32,000 bases of DNA from Pseudoalteromonas translucida KMM 520 (GCF_001465295.1 NZ_CP011034.1:300001-332000); one strand, 5' to 3'; shown: positions 1 through 9,601, counted from the first letter of the stretch. Program-made: numbers and translations. The notes: generated by a model not told the origin, from the sequence alone.

Positions 1-1345
1 CACAACCATTTAATAATACGGGTTGAAAAGCGTTATCAATAGTGTTTTTTGGCGCAAATCCATCAGCATATTCACCAAAGCCTTTATTATTTATACCGCT
101 AAACTGAATGGTAAAATAGGTAGTTGCGCAGTTATCGGTAGGATAAAAGCCATAAGGCTTGCCACAGGTGCCAGAGCCTATCTGGATTACTTCAATGTCG
201 GCGCCGCGCAGACCATTAATAATGGCTTCGCTTGCTGAACAGGTGCTGCTAGTCGTGAGAACAAATACGCGGTTTAGGTTTAATGTTGGCAGTGCGCTGC
301 CGGGCACAGTTGCAGAGTTATCGGCAAACCCCACAAACTGATTAGTAAACGGCATTGGGCTAAGTGTTTGCCCAGTTACCGGGTTGGTACTTGGGTTTTT
401 ATCATTAAAAACAGTACGCTCGAACACTTTACCTTGAGTGTTCGCGCGACCCGCCACCATATAAGCTACTTGGCTGGCCATTTGTAAAAAGCCGCCGCCG
501 TTATAGCGTACGTCAATCACTAAGTCTTTAATGTTACTTGCCGCAAATTGGTTAAATGCAGTGTAGAGCTGATCTTCGGCAATCGCATTATGGCTATTAA
601 ACTGAAAATAACCCACATCGCCACCGGCTAAGTCGGTACGCACATTGACTACCGGTTGCGAAGTAATATTTTGTGAGGTGAGTGTTACGGTACGGTTTTG
701 GTTAGTATTTATATCTTTAAATACAAACTCGGTCGTTTTACCTGTTTGCTCAGGAAATAAACTTGCATTAATAAGAGCAACTTCACTGCTAGAAGTCGTA
801 TTTACAAAATCAATGCCATCTACTGCAACAAGTTCAAAGCCACGAGCAAGGTTTTGATTGCTCGCTGGAGTATTTGGCTCGGTATAGCTAATAACGGCTT
901 GGCGTGGCGCGCTGCGAGCAAGTATTTTTATATTAAAGCCATAGCCATAGGTTACCCCCGATTGACTTTGGCGCTGCCACTCATCGGTAGGTAAGTTAAA
1001 GTGGAAGTTATCTTTTTTAGCGCCCGAATCGGTCAGTTCATTGGTTTTTAAGGTGTTAAAATAAGTGACTACACCGCTTGTAAGCGCTGGATCGGTATCT
1101 ATTATCTCATCGTACCAAAGGTAGGTTTCGTTACTCCACGAACGCAGCCAGTTTTTTTCATTACTCGCTTGGCATTGTCCCTTAAATTGGCTGGCACTGG
1201 CAAATACCCCTGCGCTCCAGCTATTGGCATTGCCATTAGGAGTAAGACCCTCGCTATCGCTGCCGCCGCCACACCCAGATAAAACGCTAAGCAGTGCTAA
1301 GGAGGCGAGTGTTGTTGTTTTTTTGTCACGAATTTTAGAGTGCAT
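1..1345 (-). CDS. S41 family peptidase lipoprotein (C-terminal-processing-peptidase-like); N-terminus complete, C-terminus runs off the left window edge
   Basis: Not in the ORF track because it has no stop in the window. My reverse-strand translation from the ATG at 1345-1343 is open all the way to position 2. It begins MHSKIRDKKTTTLASLALLSVLSGCGGGSD, a signal peptide with an LSGC lipobox. Further on it contains VIDVRYNGGGF and TSSTCSASEAIINGLRG, matching the S41 nucleophile-Ser region. Confidence 0.8.
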   Translation of the reverse strand, partial: MHSKIRDKKTTTLASLALLSVLSGCGGGSDSEGLTPNGNANSWSAGVFASASQFKGQCQASNEKNWLRSWSNETYLWYDEIIDTDPALTSGVVTYFNTLKTNELTDSGAKKDNFHFNLPTDEWQRQSQSGVTYGYGFNIKILARSAPRQAVISYTEPNTPASNQNLARGFELVAVDGIDFVNTTSSSEVALINASLFPEQTGKTTEFVFKDINTNQNRTVTLTSQNITSQPVVNVRTDLAGGDVGYFQFNSHNAIAEDQLYTAFNQFAASNIKDLVIDVRYNGGGFLQMASQVAYMVAGRANTQGKVFERTVFNDKNPSTNPVTGQTLSPMPFTNQFVGFADNSATVPGSALPTLNLNRVFVLTTSSTCSASEAIINGLRGADIEVIQIGSGTCGKPYGFYPTDNCATTYFTIQFSGINNKGFGEYADGFAPKNTIDNAFQPVLLNGC

Positions 1346-1394
1346 ATAAGAAGCTCTATTTTTAAACGATTAATTTAAATATAGCGGCTTTTAT

Positions 1395-2234
1395 TTAGAG
1401 TTGATAGAAGTGTTTAGCGTTTTTGTAGCTTAATTGCTGCCAAAGCGCTTGGTTACTACATAAGTTAAAGTGTGCTTGCCATAAGTCGTTATATTGGGTA
1501 TTAATTTGGCAAACGGGGAAGTTACTCGCAAACATTATTCTTTGCTCGCCAAAGTGTTGCAAAATAATGTTAAAGCACTGTGCTTGCTGTTCGCTATTGA
1601 GCTTAAGTAACTCAAATCCCGAAAACTTAATTACAATGTTATGGTACTTGGCGAGTAATTTAATGCCTTGCTGCCACGCTGGCAAATTGTAGGGTAAACC
1701 TGCGTGATTAAGTACAATTAGTAACTGTGGAAACTGTTTAGCGTATTGAGCAATTTGTTTAACTATAATATGGTTTTCAAGCTTAAATTGGGCTTCAAAA
1801 TGTAATTTTAACTGCTGTAACGTTTCAAAGTTATTGTAGCAATTACTGCTGAGCAAACGTTTGGCGTCATCACCTTGGGTAATGTCTCTAATACCCGCTA
1901 AGCTTGGGTGAGTAAGGTTGCTGAGCGCATGGCTAAATAGCTGATTGCTTTGATCAATCTGGGCAAAACTAACGGCTTTGTAAGTAATGCCAGCCAAGTG
2001 CTTGGTGAGCCAGTTAAGCTCGTTTATAGGTGCGCTGTTATCAAATCCCGCTTCAATATGCACTAAGCCTGCAAGTTTAAAGTCGCAATCTTGCATTAAT
2101 TGCGCAGCACTGATCGGCTGCTTTATTTTGTCTAAGTTAGGCCATGGCGGCGGGTTAGCGCCTTGTAACCAAGTATATTGCCCCTCAAGTAGATTAAAAA
2201 AATGCACATGGGGGTCAATAATTGCATTACTCAT
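1395..2234 (-). CDS. amidohydrolase-2 family metal-dependent hydrolase (COG3618-like, possible sugar lactonase)
   Basis: 279 aa ORF. The N-terminal DPHVHFF (HxH metal motif) and length fit the TIM-barrel amidohydrolase_2 family. Its start overlaps the stop of the upstream SDR gene by 4 nt. Confidence 0.7.
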   Translation of the reverse strand: MSNAIIDPHVHFFNLLEGQYTWLQGANPPPWPNLDKIKQPISAAQLMQDCDFKLAGLVHIEAGFDNSAPINELNWLTKHLAGITYKAVSFAQIDQSNQLFSHALSNLTHPSLAGIRDITQGDDAKRLLSSNCYNNFETLQQLKLHFEAQFKLENHIIVKQIAQYAKQFPQLLIVLNHAGLPYNLPAWQQGIKLLAKYHNIVIKFSGFELLKLNSEQQAQCFNIILQHFGEQRIMFASNFPVCQINTQYNDLWQAHFNLCSNQALWQQLSYKNAKHFYQL

Positions 2235-2959
2235 TGCGCTGTATAACCACCGTCAATACTTTGTAAACTACCGGTGATAAAGCTTGCATCATCGCTGACT
2301 AAAAAATTCACTAAAGCGGCTACTTCATCAGCTTGGCCTAAACGATTAAGTGGCTGCAATGCCGCCTCTTCGGCTACTGTTTGTGCTTTGTTGGCACCAC
2401 TGTTTTTACAGTAAGCGTCTATGGCGTTATGAAATAGCGGTGTTTCTATAGTGCCAGGGCACACGGCATTAGCTCTAATGTTAAAGCTCGCGTAATCAAG
2501 CGCGGTGGTTTTTGCCATAGAAGCAAGGGCGTGTTTAGTCAGGTTATAAGCAAATGAATTTTGTTTACCTATAATTGCCTGATCTGAGGCTATAAGCACA
2601 ATAGCGCCGTTGTTTTGGGTTTTCATTATTGGTAATACACTTTGCACTGCCGCATACGCGCCTTTTACATTAAGCGCAAATAGTGCATCGAGAGTTTGCT
2701 CGTCGGTACTTTCTATGTTGGCACTTAAATGTTTTCCTGCATTAGAGACAAGTACATCAATGCGCTGCGTTTGCTCAACTATGGCATTAATACAACGACG
2801 TACAACAGTGACATCACTTACATCACAATGATGAAACTCACCAAAGTTACTTGGCGTTATATCAAGGTTATGTACTTCATAGCCGCTTGCTAGTAAGCGC
2901 TGTACTACCGCTAAACCAATACCTTTGGTGCCGCCGGTAACAATAGCCACTTTTGACAT
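2231..2959 (-). CDS. SDR family NAD(P)-dependent oxidoreductase
   Basis: 242 aa. It has the TGGTKGIG dinucleotide-binding motif, an NAG motif and the catalytic YNLTK (YxxxK). GGAG-like RBS (aaggagcaag) lies upstream of the ATG. Confidence 0.85.
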   Translation of the reverse strand: MSKVAIVTGGTKGIGLAVVQRLLASGYEVHNLDITPSNFGEFHHCDVSDVTVVRRCINAIVEQTQRIDVLVSNAGKHLSANIESTDEQTLDALFALNVKGAYAAVQSVLPIMKTQNNGAIVLIASDQAIIGKQNSFAYNLTKHALASMAKTTALDYASFNIRANAVCPGTIETPLFHNAIDAYCKNSGANKAQTVAEEAALQPLNRLGQADEVAALVNFLVSDDASFITGSLQSIDGGYTAQ

Positions 2960-2999
2960 ACTTGCTCCTTTATTTGCTATTACTTTTTAATAAAAATAA

Positions 3000-3494
3000 T
3001 TAGTGAGAGTGACCACATCCGCCTGCTGCATGCACATGGCCGTGCGATACTTCTTCGCTGGTGGCTTCACGTACCGATACCACTTCAACATCAAATGTTA
3101 GCGTTTTACCTGCAAAAGGGTGATTTAAATCACAATCAGCATTAAAGCGGCCTACTTTAATAATAGTTACCTGATGGCGACCTTGATCCGAGCTTACCAT
3201 TGCGGTCATGCCTGGTTTCCATACTTTAACTTTGCTTTGTGTTTGTAAATGCTTTAACGGAATGCGTTGTACTAAGTTATCAACACGTTCGCCGTATGAC
3301 TCGCTTGGCGCTAATGTAACGCTAAACTTTTCGCCAGCGGCTTTGCCTTCCAGCGCATTTTCTAAACCAGGAAGCATGCCTTCGCTGCCATGAATATAAG
3401 TAAGAGGCGCTTCTTTAGTGCTGGTTTCTATTTGCTCACCGGCTTCGCTAAGGGTGTAATGAAATTCAACGGCTGAATTTTTACTAATTTGCAT
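3000..3494 (-). CDS. slyD: FKBP-type peptidyl-prolyl cis-trans isomerase SlyD
   Basis: 164 aa. FKBP fold with an inserted-flap region, and the characteristic His/Cys-rich metal-binding tail SHGHVHAAGGCGHSH. Confidence 0.9.
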   Translation of the reverse strand: MQISKNSAVEFHYTLSEAGEQIETSTKEAPLTYIHGSEGMLPGLENALEGKAAGEKFSVTLAPSESYGERVDNLVQRIPLKHLQTQSKVKVWKPGMTAMVSSDQGRHQVTIIKVGRFNADCDLNHPFAGKTLTFDVEVVSVREATSEEVSHGHVHAAGGCGHSH

Positions 3495-3564
3495 GCTTAT
3501 CTCTTTAAATTTTGACTGTATTAGTTAGAGCGTAATTTTACGCGAAATATGTTTTTTTAGAAAC

Positions 3565-5043
3565 TTAACGTGGCTGATTTAATGTTTTTTGTAGATCTAA
3601 CAATAAATCTTTTTTAATTGTTGTTACTTGAGGCTTTTCGGCCTGAGGAATAAATAACACTAATTGAATGCCAGGTTTGAGCATGCTCGACGCCGACAGT
3701 TTATTCCATTTAGCTAGGTCACTATGCGGCACATTGTAAAGCTGGCTAATGCTCCACAAGGTATCGCCTGGTTGCACTTCATAGTCTATTTCGAGTGTTG
3801 CAATTACCACTTCTTGATGCTCAAGGTAGGGGCTAATTTTATAATCAATAGTCAATGATTCCGGAAGTGTTTTGGGCTGGCCAACAAGTAGTTTTTCACC
3901 AATGCCAATTAAGTTGTTTTGTTTATTATTAAGTTGCTTTAAGGCACTTAAAGGCATGCTAAAGCGCCTAGCAATACTGTAAAGCGTATCGTTTTGTTTA
4001 ACTATGTACTCTCCAGCAAAGTTAGTTTTAAAAAACGAGCTATTTAATAGCGCCTGTTGCTCAATTGGCAGTAATAACGTATGTGGGCCATTGGGTGAAC
4101 TTTGATTTTTTAAATACCCTTGATTAAGTGCATGTAGCTGCTTAGAGCCGACTCCAGAGAGCTTGGCAATGATTGAAAAATCAAACTGTTGGCCTACATT
4201 CATATGGGTGGTCAATGCTTTGTAAGTGAGCTTTGGGCGTTTAAAACCTTGTTGCGGATGTTTAACTAAGTAGCTTAGTGCCAGTAATTTGGGTACATAA
4301 TCGGCGGTTTCTTGAGGTAATTTTAGCGACCAGTAATCAGTGCTTTTACCGTGCTTTTTATTTTGTTTAATTGCGCGTTTAACTCGCCCTTCACCGCTAT
4401 TGTAAGCGGCGAGAGCGTGCAGCCAGTTGCCATCAAAGCGTTTATATAAGTAACTTAAATACGCCAGTGCAGCGTCGGTGGCGGCTAGTACATCTTGTCG
4501 GCCGTCATACCATTGATCCGACTTAACCCCAAAATGATGTGCAGTTGCTCCTACCAGTTGCCACACGCCAACGGCTTGCTGCGATGAGTGTGCAGTGGGT
4601 CTAAATCCGCTCTCTACAAAAGGCAGTAGTGCTAACTCTATTGGTAGTTGCTGTTGTTCTACTTTTTTTACAATATGGTATAAATACGGAGCAGCTCGTT
4701 TGCTCATAACTTGCAGGTAATCGGGTTGCTGCAAATACCAGTTAATACGCTTTTTTAGCGCTTTATTTTGCTCAATAGGAAAATGCAGATTATTAGCGAT
4801 ATGCTGCCATAAGTCAGTTGTTTTGGCCGGTGGCTTTATTATTTTATTTTTTGTGTTTTTAGGCGGCGTTATGTGTAAGTTAGTTTTTGTGCTTTGCGGT
4901 GTTTTTAATTCACTAGGGGCGCTGTAACTTGGCTTAAAGTGAGTAAATATTTGCGGTGCTTCTATAGGCTCTGGCTTGGTGGTTTCACAGCCAAATAAAA
5001 AAACACCTAAACAAGCTAAAACCAAACTGCGCATAACATTCAC
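3565..5043 (-). CDS. mltD: membrane-bound lytic murein transglycosylase D (SLT domain plus LysM repeats), lipoprotein
   Basis: 492 aa. LFGC lipobox, an SLT catalytic region (ALLPFVESGF with the catalytic Glu, AYNSGEGRV) and two C-terminal LysM-like repeats (YIVKQNDTLYSIARRF and YEVQPGDTLWSISQLY). Confidence 0.85.
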   Translation of the reverse strand: MNVMRSLVLACLGVFLFGCETTKPEPIEAPQIFTHFKPSYSAPSELKTPQSTKTNLHITPPKNTKNKIIKPPAKTTDLWQHIANNLHFPIEQNKALKKRINWYLQQPDYLQVMSKRAAPYLYHIVKKVEQQQLPIELALLPFVESGFRPTAHSSQQAVGVWQLVGATAHHFGVKSDQWYDGRQDVLAATDAALAYLSYLYKRFDGNWLHALAAYNSGEGRVKRAIKQNKKHGKSTDYWSLKLPQETADYVPKLLALSYLVKHPQQGFKRPKLTYKALTTHMNVGQQFDFSIIAKLSGVGSKQLHALNQGYLKNQSSPNGPHTLLLPIEQQALLNSSFFKTNFAGEYIVKQNDTLYSIARRFSMPLSALKQLNNKQNNLIGIGEKLLVGQPKTLPESLTIDYKISPYLEHQEVVIATLEIDYEVQPGDTLWSISQLYNVPHSDLAKWNKLSASSMLKPGIQLVLFIPQAEKPQVTTIKKDLLLDLQKTLNQPR

Positions 5044-5090
5044 TTTTATTAAAATCCTTTTACTATTTTAACACAGTCCGTTGTGTTGAG

Positions 5091-6107
5091 TTATTTTGCG
5101 TTTATCGCGCGTATTAATCCTGCTTGTAAAAATAAATTACTCGACTTGGCATTAAGCGACTCTTGCATGTAGGGTTTAATCGTGGCATCAGGAAATGACA
5201 GCATTAACTGCTCTATTGTTTGCCCACTATTATTAGCTACGTGCTCTGTAATGGCGGTTAAAAATGCGTGCGACTGCTGCAGTTGCGACTTATTAGTTAG
5301 TTCACCATGACCAGGAATTATAGTTTTTAGCACAGAGTCATTAATATATTGTTGTAGCAGTGCGCGCCAGCTGCTTAGCTCGCCGTGGCCAGGGTACGGA
5401 AGCCAGTCAACAATATCTCCACCAATCAAAGTGCTGCCACTGTTAGCCGTAATGGTTAAATCGCCATTGGTATGCGCTTGGTAGGCATTTAAAGTAATCT
5501 CAAAATTGCCTAAGTCTAGTGTTTTATTGGTGCTTATGCTTATTTCAGGTGCATTGAGTTGATATTTTTGCCAGCGGAATAGGCGCTGTTTTGCGCGTTC
5601 TAACTTTGTACGCCACTGCGCTTGCTCATTTTCGGGGAGTGTTGCTAAGCGTTGATAGCTAAGCTCAATGCTTTTTTCGAATCCCTCTAGTTTATCGTTA
5701 AATGCTTGCTGGTAAAGGGCAAAGTCAGTTTTTACTTGCTGATGGGTAATTAATTGCGCATTGGGGTAAAAATGCTGCATTACAGCCATCCCCAGTAAAT
5801 GGTCGTCATGAAAATGAGTGGCAACTAAGTAACACAAAGGTGTTGTTAAGTGCTTTTTTAAATCGCTAGCAAGCTGTTCTACCGCAGCAAAGTTGCCGCT
5901 GGTATCGACTAACAGTGCGCATTTACTACCTTCAATTAATACTTGGTTTGAGTCGTAAAAACGTAGTTTATGCTGTTGTTTTAAAAATTGAATATTGGGG
6001 CTTATTTTCTCCCACGTAACATCGGCGTTAGCATTGGCTGCAAAATAAAAAGAGTTAAGCAGTAGTAGGTACTTACTTAATTTAAATAAACGCAGGGCTG
6101 ACTTCAT
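5091..6107 (-). CDS. secreted MBL-fold metallo-hydrolase
   Basis: 338 aa with an N-terminal signal peptide (LLLLNSFYFAANANA), the HFHDDH (HxHxDH) zinc motif and a later PGHG motif. Confidence 0.8.
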   Translation of the reverse strand: MKSALRLFKLSKYLLLLNSFYFAANANADVTWEKISPNIQFLKQQHKLRFYDSNQVLIEGSKCALLVDTSGNFAAVEQLASDLKKHLTTPLCYLVATHFHDDHLLGMAVMQHFYPNAQLITHQQVKTDFALYQQAFNDKLEGFEKSIELSYQRLATLPENEQAQWRTKLERAKQRLFRWQKYQLNAPEISISTNKTLDLGNFEITLNAYQAHTNGDLTITANSGSTLIGGDIVDWLPYPGHGELSSWRALLQQYINDSVLKTIIPGHGELTNKSQLQQSHAFLTAITEHVANNSGQTIEQLMLSFPDATIKPYMQESLNAKSSNLFLQAGLIRAINAK

Positions 6108-6140
6108 ATAACGCTCTCTATTATGGTTTAAAAGCTGCGT

Positions 6141-6175
6141 AATAAATAAAAGCGCTCTAGGCGCTTTTATTTATT
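6141..6175 (-). terminator. hairpin terminator overlapping the zapA stop codon
   Basis: Perfect 15-bp inverted repeat: aataaataaaagcgc (6141-6155), loop tctag, gcgcttttatttatt (6161-6175). The core is GCGC and a T-rich run follows on the minus strand. Confidence 0.55.
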
Positions 6176-6472
6176 ATGTTTAGAGTCATTTGATAAGTGC
6201 TGACTCAACTTATCAATGAGTTGATCTTGGTGTTGCAGATCAACGGCTTTTATAGTCTTTGCTTCTAGCAATTCGTGGCTTAAATTTAAGGCTGCCATAA
6301 GTAGGGCATTTTGCTCATTTTTAACAGTAGAGCGTTGTTTCATTTGCTCAACCAAATCATTGAGATTTTTAGCTGCCGCTTTAAGTGCCTCTTCTTGCCC
6401 AGGTGGGCAAGCAAATTGCTGCTCTTTACCAAGCAATTCAACAGTGACTCGCTGGTTTTGCAGCTCAGACAT
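6167..6472 (-). CDS. zapA: cell division protein ZapA
   Basis: 101 aa. N-terminal VTVELLGKEQQFACPPGQEEALKAAAKNLN followed by a coiled-coil tail, typical of ZapA. Its start overlaps the upstream gene stop by 1 nt (TAATG). Confidence 0.85.
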   Translation of the reverse strand: MSELQNQRVTVELLGKEQQFACPPGQEEALKAAAKNLNDLVEQMKQRSTVKNEQNALLMAALNLSHELLEAKTIKAVDLQHQDQLIDKLSQHLSNDSKHNK

Positions 6473-6714
6473 TAGCTAGCCTGTTGTGCGCTTTGTAACT
6501 TATCAAGCAGGCCAGATAAAGTAGTGCTGGCATCTTTTTGCTTTTCTTCGTTTTCAAGGGCTTCTAATTGTAAAAGCTCGTTGTCGTCAGCGAGTTTACT
6601 ATTTTGTTCTTTTAAATTAGAAACATCAGCTTGTAATTGATTATTACGCTGAATTAATTGGTCGATCAGTTGTTCGAGTTGTTGAAGAGTGTTGTTATTC
6701 ATAAAGGCGCTCAT
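6472..6714 (-). CDS. small coiled-coil protein (TIGR02449-like, commonly found upstream of zapA)
   Basis: All-helical, Gln/Leu/Glu-rich heptad sequence (LQQLEQLIDQLIQRNNQLQADVSNLKEQNSKL). The start is uncertain: TTG at 6738, ATG at 6714 or ATG at 6702, none with a clear RBS. Confidence 0.55.
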   Translation of the reverse strand: MSAFMNNNTLQQLEQLIDQLIQRNNQLQADVSNLKEQNSKLADDNELLQLEALENEEKQKDASTTLSGLLDKLQSAQQAS

Positions 6715-6940
6715 ATAACTGTAATTAAGGTAATGCAAATGTAAAGCAAAGTTTGTTTATTTACCAGCATTTACGCTGGTTTTAGCTGATTTTTATTCTC
6801 TGTTAAGGGATAATTCAGTGTATTGGCTTTTTCATTCAGAAATGGTTCATTTTAATGGCCGCTTATCAGGGGATAGGTTGTCAAAGTACAGTGCTTATGG
6901 TTCACTGTTTTTATTAAATAGCGTATGGCGAAAATAAATA

Positions 6941-7780
6941 ATGCTTAGTTACAGACACTCATTTCATGCCGGAAACCCTGCCGATGTACTTAAACATTTA
7001 GTGTTAGCACAAGTGTTAGGTTACCAAACTTTAAAAGATAAGCCACTGGATTATATAGACACTCATTCGGGTGCGGGCTTTTTTGAATTAGCAGCGGCCG
7101 ATGCTCAAAAAACACAAGAGTATCAAGACGGCATTGAAAAACTGTGGCAACACACTAGTAAACACTCAGCTTTAAATGACTACATTGCACTGATCAAATC
7201 GTTTAACCAAACAGCCGATTTAGAGTTTTATCCGGGTTCGCCAAAAATTGCGGAACACTTTTTACGCCGCCAAGATAAAGGCTGGTTTTTTGAGCTGCAC
7301 CCACGTGATTTATTATTACTAGAAGAGAACATGCAAGGGAAGCGCTCTATTCGAGTGCGTGGCGATAATGGTTTTGCTGGCTTGGTTGGCTTATTACCTC
7401 CTGCATCGCGTAGAGCTTGCGTGTTAATAGACCCACCTTATGAAGTCAAAGACGATTACGACACCGTTATTACTACGTTGATGCAAGCGTATCAGCGCTT
7501 TGCTACAGGTACATACATGATTTGGTATCCTGTTGTTGACCGCAGCCGCATTGACAACATGGAGCAAGACCTAATTGACTCTGGCATGCGTAATATTCAA
7601 TTATTTGAGCTAGCTACCAAAGCCGATACCGACGTGCATGGCATGACTGCTTCGGGGATGATAGTAATTAATCCACCGTGGAAATTAAAACAGGTTATGG
7701 ATGAGGTGTTGCCAGAGCTGGTGAGTTTATTGAGTGAATCAAGTGGTTTTTATCGCAGCGAGCAGTTAGTCGCAGAGTAA
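6941..7780 (+). CDS. rlmJ: 23S rRNA (adenine2030-N6)-methyltransferase RlmJ
   Basis: 279 aa. The N-terminal MLSYRHSFHAGNPADVLKH and the DPPY motif (VLIDPPYE) are diagnostic of RlmJ/YhiR. Confidence 0.9.
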   Translation: MLSYRHSFHAGNPADVLKHLVLAQVLGYQTLKDKPLDYIDTHSGAGFFELAAADAQKTQEYQDGIEKLWQHTSKHSALNDYIALIKSFNQTADLEFYPGSPKIAEHFLRRQDKGWFFELHPRDLLLLEENMQGKRSIRVRGDNGFAGLVGLLPPASRRACVLIDPPYEVKDDYDTVITTLMQAYQRFATGTYMIWYPVVDRSRIDNMEQDLIDSGMRNIQLFELATKADTDVHGMTASGMIVINPPWKLKQVMDEVLPELVSLLSESSGFYRSEQLVAE

Positions 7781-7790
7781 CCCACATAGC

Positions 7791-7817
7791 AAAATGCCCA
7801 GTTAAACTGGGCATTTT
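7791..7817. terminator. bidirectional rho-independent terminator between convergent rlmJ and the lipoprotein gene
   Basis: Perfect 11-bp stem aaaatgcccag / ctgggcatttt with a 5-nt loop. It is flanked by A-runs and T-runs, so it gives hairpin plus U-tract on both strands. Confidence 0.7.
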
Positions 7818-7836
7818 AATTATTACTGCAGTTATT

Positions 7837-8646
7837 TTAGTTAAAGTAAACTGCTTTAAAGGTAGCTAGTTGCTCACCTTTTTCATCTTTTAAGCTCAAC
7901 GACTCGCCATTAACCTGCCACTGCGTAGCTTTATTTAGCACGCTAGACATTGCCGCTTCTTGCTCCATGTTTTCATGACACATTTTTTGCGTTGCCGCTA
8001 TGTGATCAAACGTCACCGTTTGCTCATTAACTTTGTAACCACCGTTAAAGTTATTGCAGCCTAAAAACCCATGTACTTTGCCATCATTACTAAATTGAAT
8101 GAAAGGTTCTTTTGTTGTAACAGTGACATTATCGCCAGCTAAAGTGATTGCTTTCCAATATGTATTTGCTAAATCAACATCTGGTTTTTGATCTACTTTT
8201 GTAACCACAATTTTGTACGGGCTGGTTTGTGCATCTGCTGCGAAAGGATTGTTATTGCTTGTTGTGGTGTAGAGTAGCTCACCATTATTTTCAATACGCG
8301 CACTCACACTGTAGTTAAGTGCTTTATTAATTTTGTTAGTGTCGTAGGCAAGCTCTACTGAATAAGGAGGACCACCATTTAAATCAATCACCTGCTGGCT
8401 AATAACGGTTGCTTTAACATCCATTTTAGATACATCGGCAAGTGTTACTGTTAGCTGTGAATTAGGCGCCAACATGCTGCGATCAAGGTAACTAACTTCA
8501 GTTGTTAGCGTTGCTGTTGACTCTGTCTGTGTTGTCTGTGCAGTGTTTTTAGTGTCATCACATCCAGATAATACCAATGCGCCACTGGCTAAGAAGCTGA
8601 TCCCTGCTACCGATTTTAAAATTGAACTTGGCTTACGTTTAAACAT
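7837..8646 (-). CDS. lipoprotein with an N-terminal YbaY-like domain fused to a C-terminal META (HslJ-like) domain
   Basis: 269 aa. LSGC lipobox and a Thr/Gln-rich linker. The YbaY-like segment reads LTVTLADVSKMDVKATVISQQ...YSVSARIENNGELLYTT. The META segment reads TYWKAITLAGDNVTV...IQFSNDGKVHGFLGCNNFNGGYKV...ATQKMC. Confidence 0.7.
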   Translation of the reverse strand: MFKRKPSSILKSVAGISFLASGALVLSGCDDTKNTAQTTQTESTATLTTEVSYLDRSMLAPNSQLTVTLADVSKMDVKATVISQQVIDLNGGPPYSVELAYDTNKINKALNYSVSARIENNGELLYTTTSNNNPFAADAQTSPYKIVVTKVDQKPDVDLANTYWKAITLAGDNVTVTTKEPFIQFSNDGKVHGFLGCNNFNGGYKVNEQTVTFDHIAATQKMCHENMEQEAAMSSVLNKATQWQVNGESLSLKDEKGEQLATFKAVYFN

Positions 8647-8756
8647 CGTTGTTCCTTTAATACTAAATTAGATGATTTTCAATGATGATAGTGCTTAGTT
8701 ACTTAATCAAGGCTTAATTGAGGAGTAAAAGTTTGGCTTAGTGATTGTTACAACGC

Positions 8757-8781
8757 ATAAAAAAGGGCGCTTATGCGCCCT
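8757..8781 (-). terminator. rho-independent terminator of phnA
   Basis: The minus strand reads AGGGCGC-ATAA-GCGCCCT followed by TTTTTT, 13 nt after the phnA stop. Confidence 0.75.
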
Positions 8782-8793
8782 AAATAAATGTTT

Positions 8794-9360
8794 CTACTTT
8801 TTAACAAACTTGGTCAGAATTACAATACGTTGACCATCAACACGCCCTTCAATATGTTCAGGATTACTGGTTAAGCCAATATTACGTACTGCAGTACCGC
8901 GTTTAGCGGTTAGGCTGCTGCCTTTTACATCTAAATCTTTAATTAGTGTTACGGTATCACCGGCTTTAAGTACTACGCCATTGCTATCAAGATGCTTTAA
9001 GTCGTCATCTTCAGCAAGTACTTGTTGAGCCCATGCTAATGTATCTTCTTCTAAGTAAATCATGTCTAGGGCGTCTTGTGCCCAGCCATTGTCGGCAGCT
9101 AAGCGGCTCAACATACGATAAGCAACTACTTGAACTGCAGGAGTTAGGCTCCACATGCTGTCGTTTAAACAATGCCAATGGGTAGGGGTTAGCTCAGCGG
9201 TGTCTTCAATTTGATCTTTACATACTTGGCAAGTGTAAATGCATTTATCTGAGTGGGCTTCTTTAACGGGCGGAACTTCGTACACAGATAAAGTATCTGT
9301 TGCTGCACATAATTCACACTGGTTATTACTACGTTCTACTAAGGCTTGTTCAATGCTCAT
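8794..9360 (-). CDS. phnA: PhnA/YjdM family zinc-ribbon protein (long form)
   Basis: 188 aa. N-terminal CxxC pairs (CELCAA, CQVCKD). The C-terminal GDTVTLIKDLDVKGSSLTAKRGTAVRNI...KFVKK closely resembles E. coli YjdM/PhnA. Confidence 0.85.
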   Translation of the reverse strand: MSIEQALVERSNNQCELCAATDTLSVYEVPPVKEAHSDKCIYTCQVCKDQIEDTAELTPTHWHCLNDSMWSLTPAVQVVAYRMLSRLAADNGWAQDALDMIYLEEDTLAWAQQVLAEDDDLKHLDSNGVVLKAGDTVTLIKDLDVKGSSLTAKRGTAVRNIGLTSNPEHIEGRVDGQRIVILTKFVKK

Positions 9361-9601
9361 ACAGGAGGCTCTTATACTGTTTTTACAAAAATATTATGTG
9401 GTTATTATACCTCCATCTAGGCTCTTTGTGTACATTTGCACTAAGGATTAGCGCATATCCATATAAAAAGTATGGTTATACCTTGTTTGTAACTGCAAAT
9501 TACAATAATTAAATACAGTAAGTTAGGTTTAGTGTTGATCAAGACGCAGCGTTTAAGTTTGCGTATGATAAGCGCATGATGGTTTATTTTTTTGATATGT
9601 T

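Noticed and set aside
23-857. I considered three short plus-strand ORFs at the left edge (23-238, 159-341, 645-857).
   Set aside because: They are antisense to a continuous, motif-bearing S41 peptidase reading frame that spans 1-1345 on the minus strand.
6108-6166. I looked for 6S RNA (ssrS) immediately downstream of zapA, as in the E. coli zapA-ssrS synteny.
   Set aside because: Only 59 nt separate zapA from the next CDS, and half of that is the terminator hairpin. That leaves no room for an RNA of about 180 nt. I saw no 6S-like long imperfect duplex elsewhere in the window.
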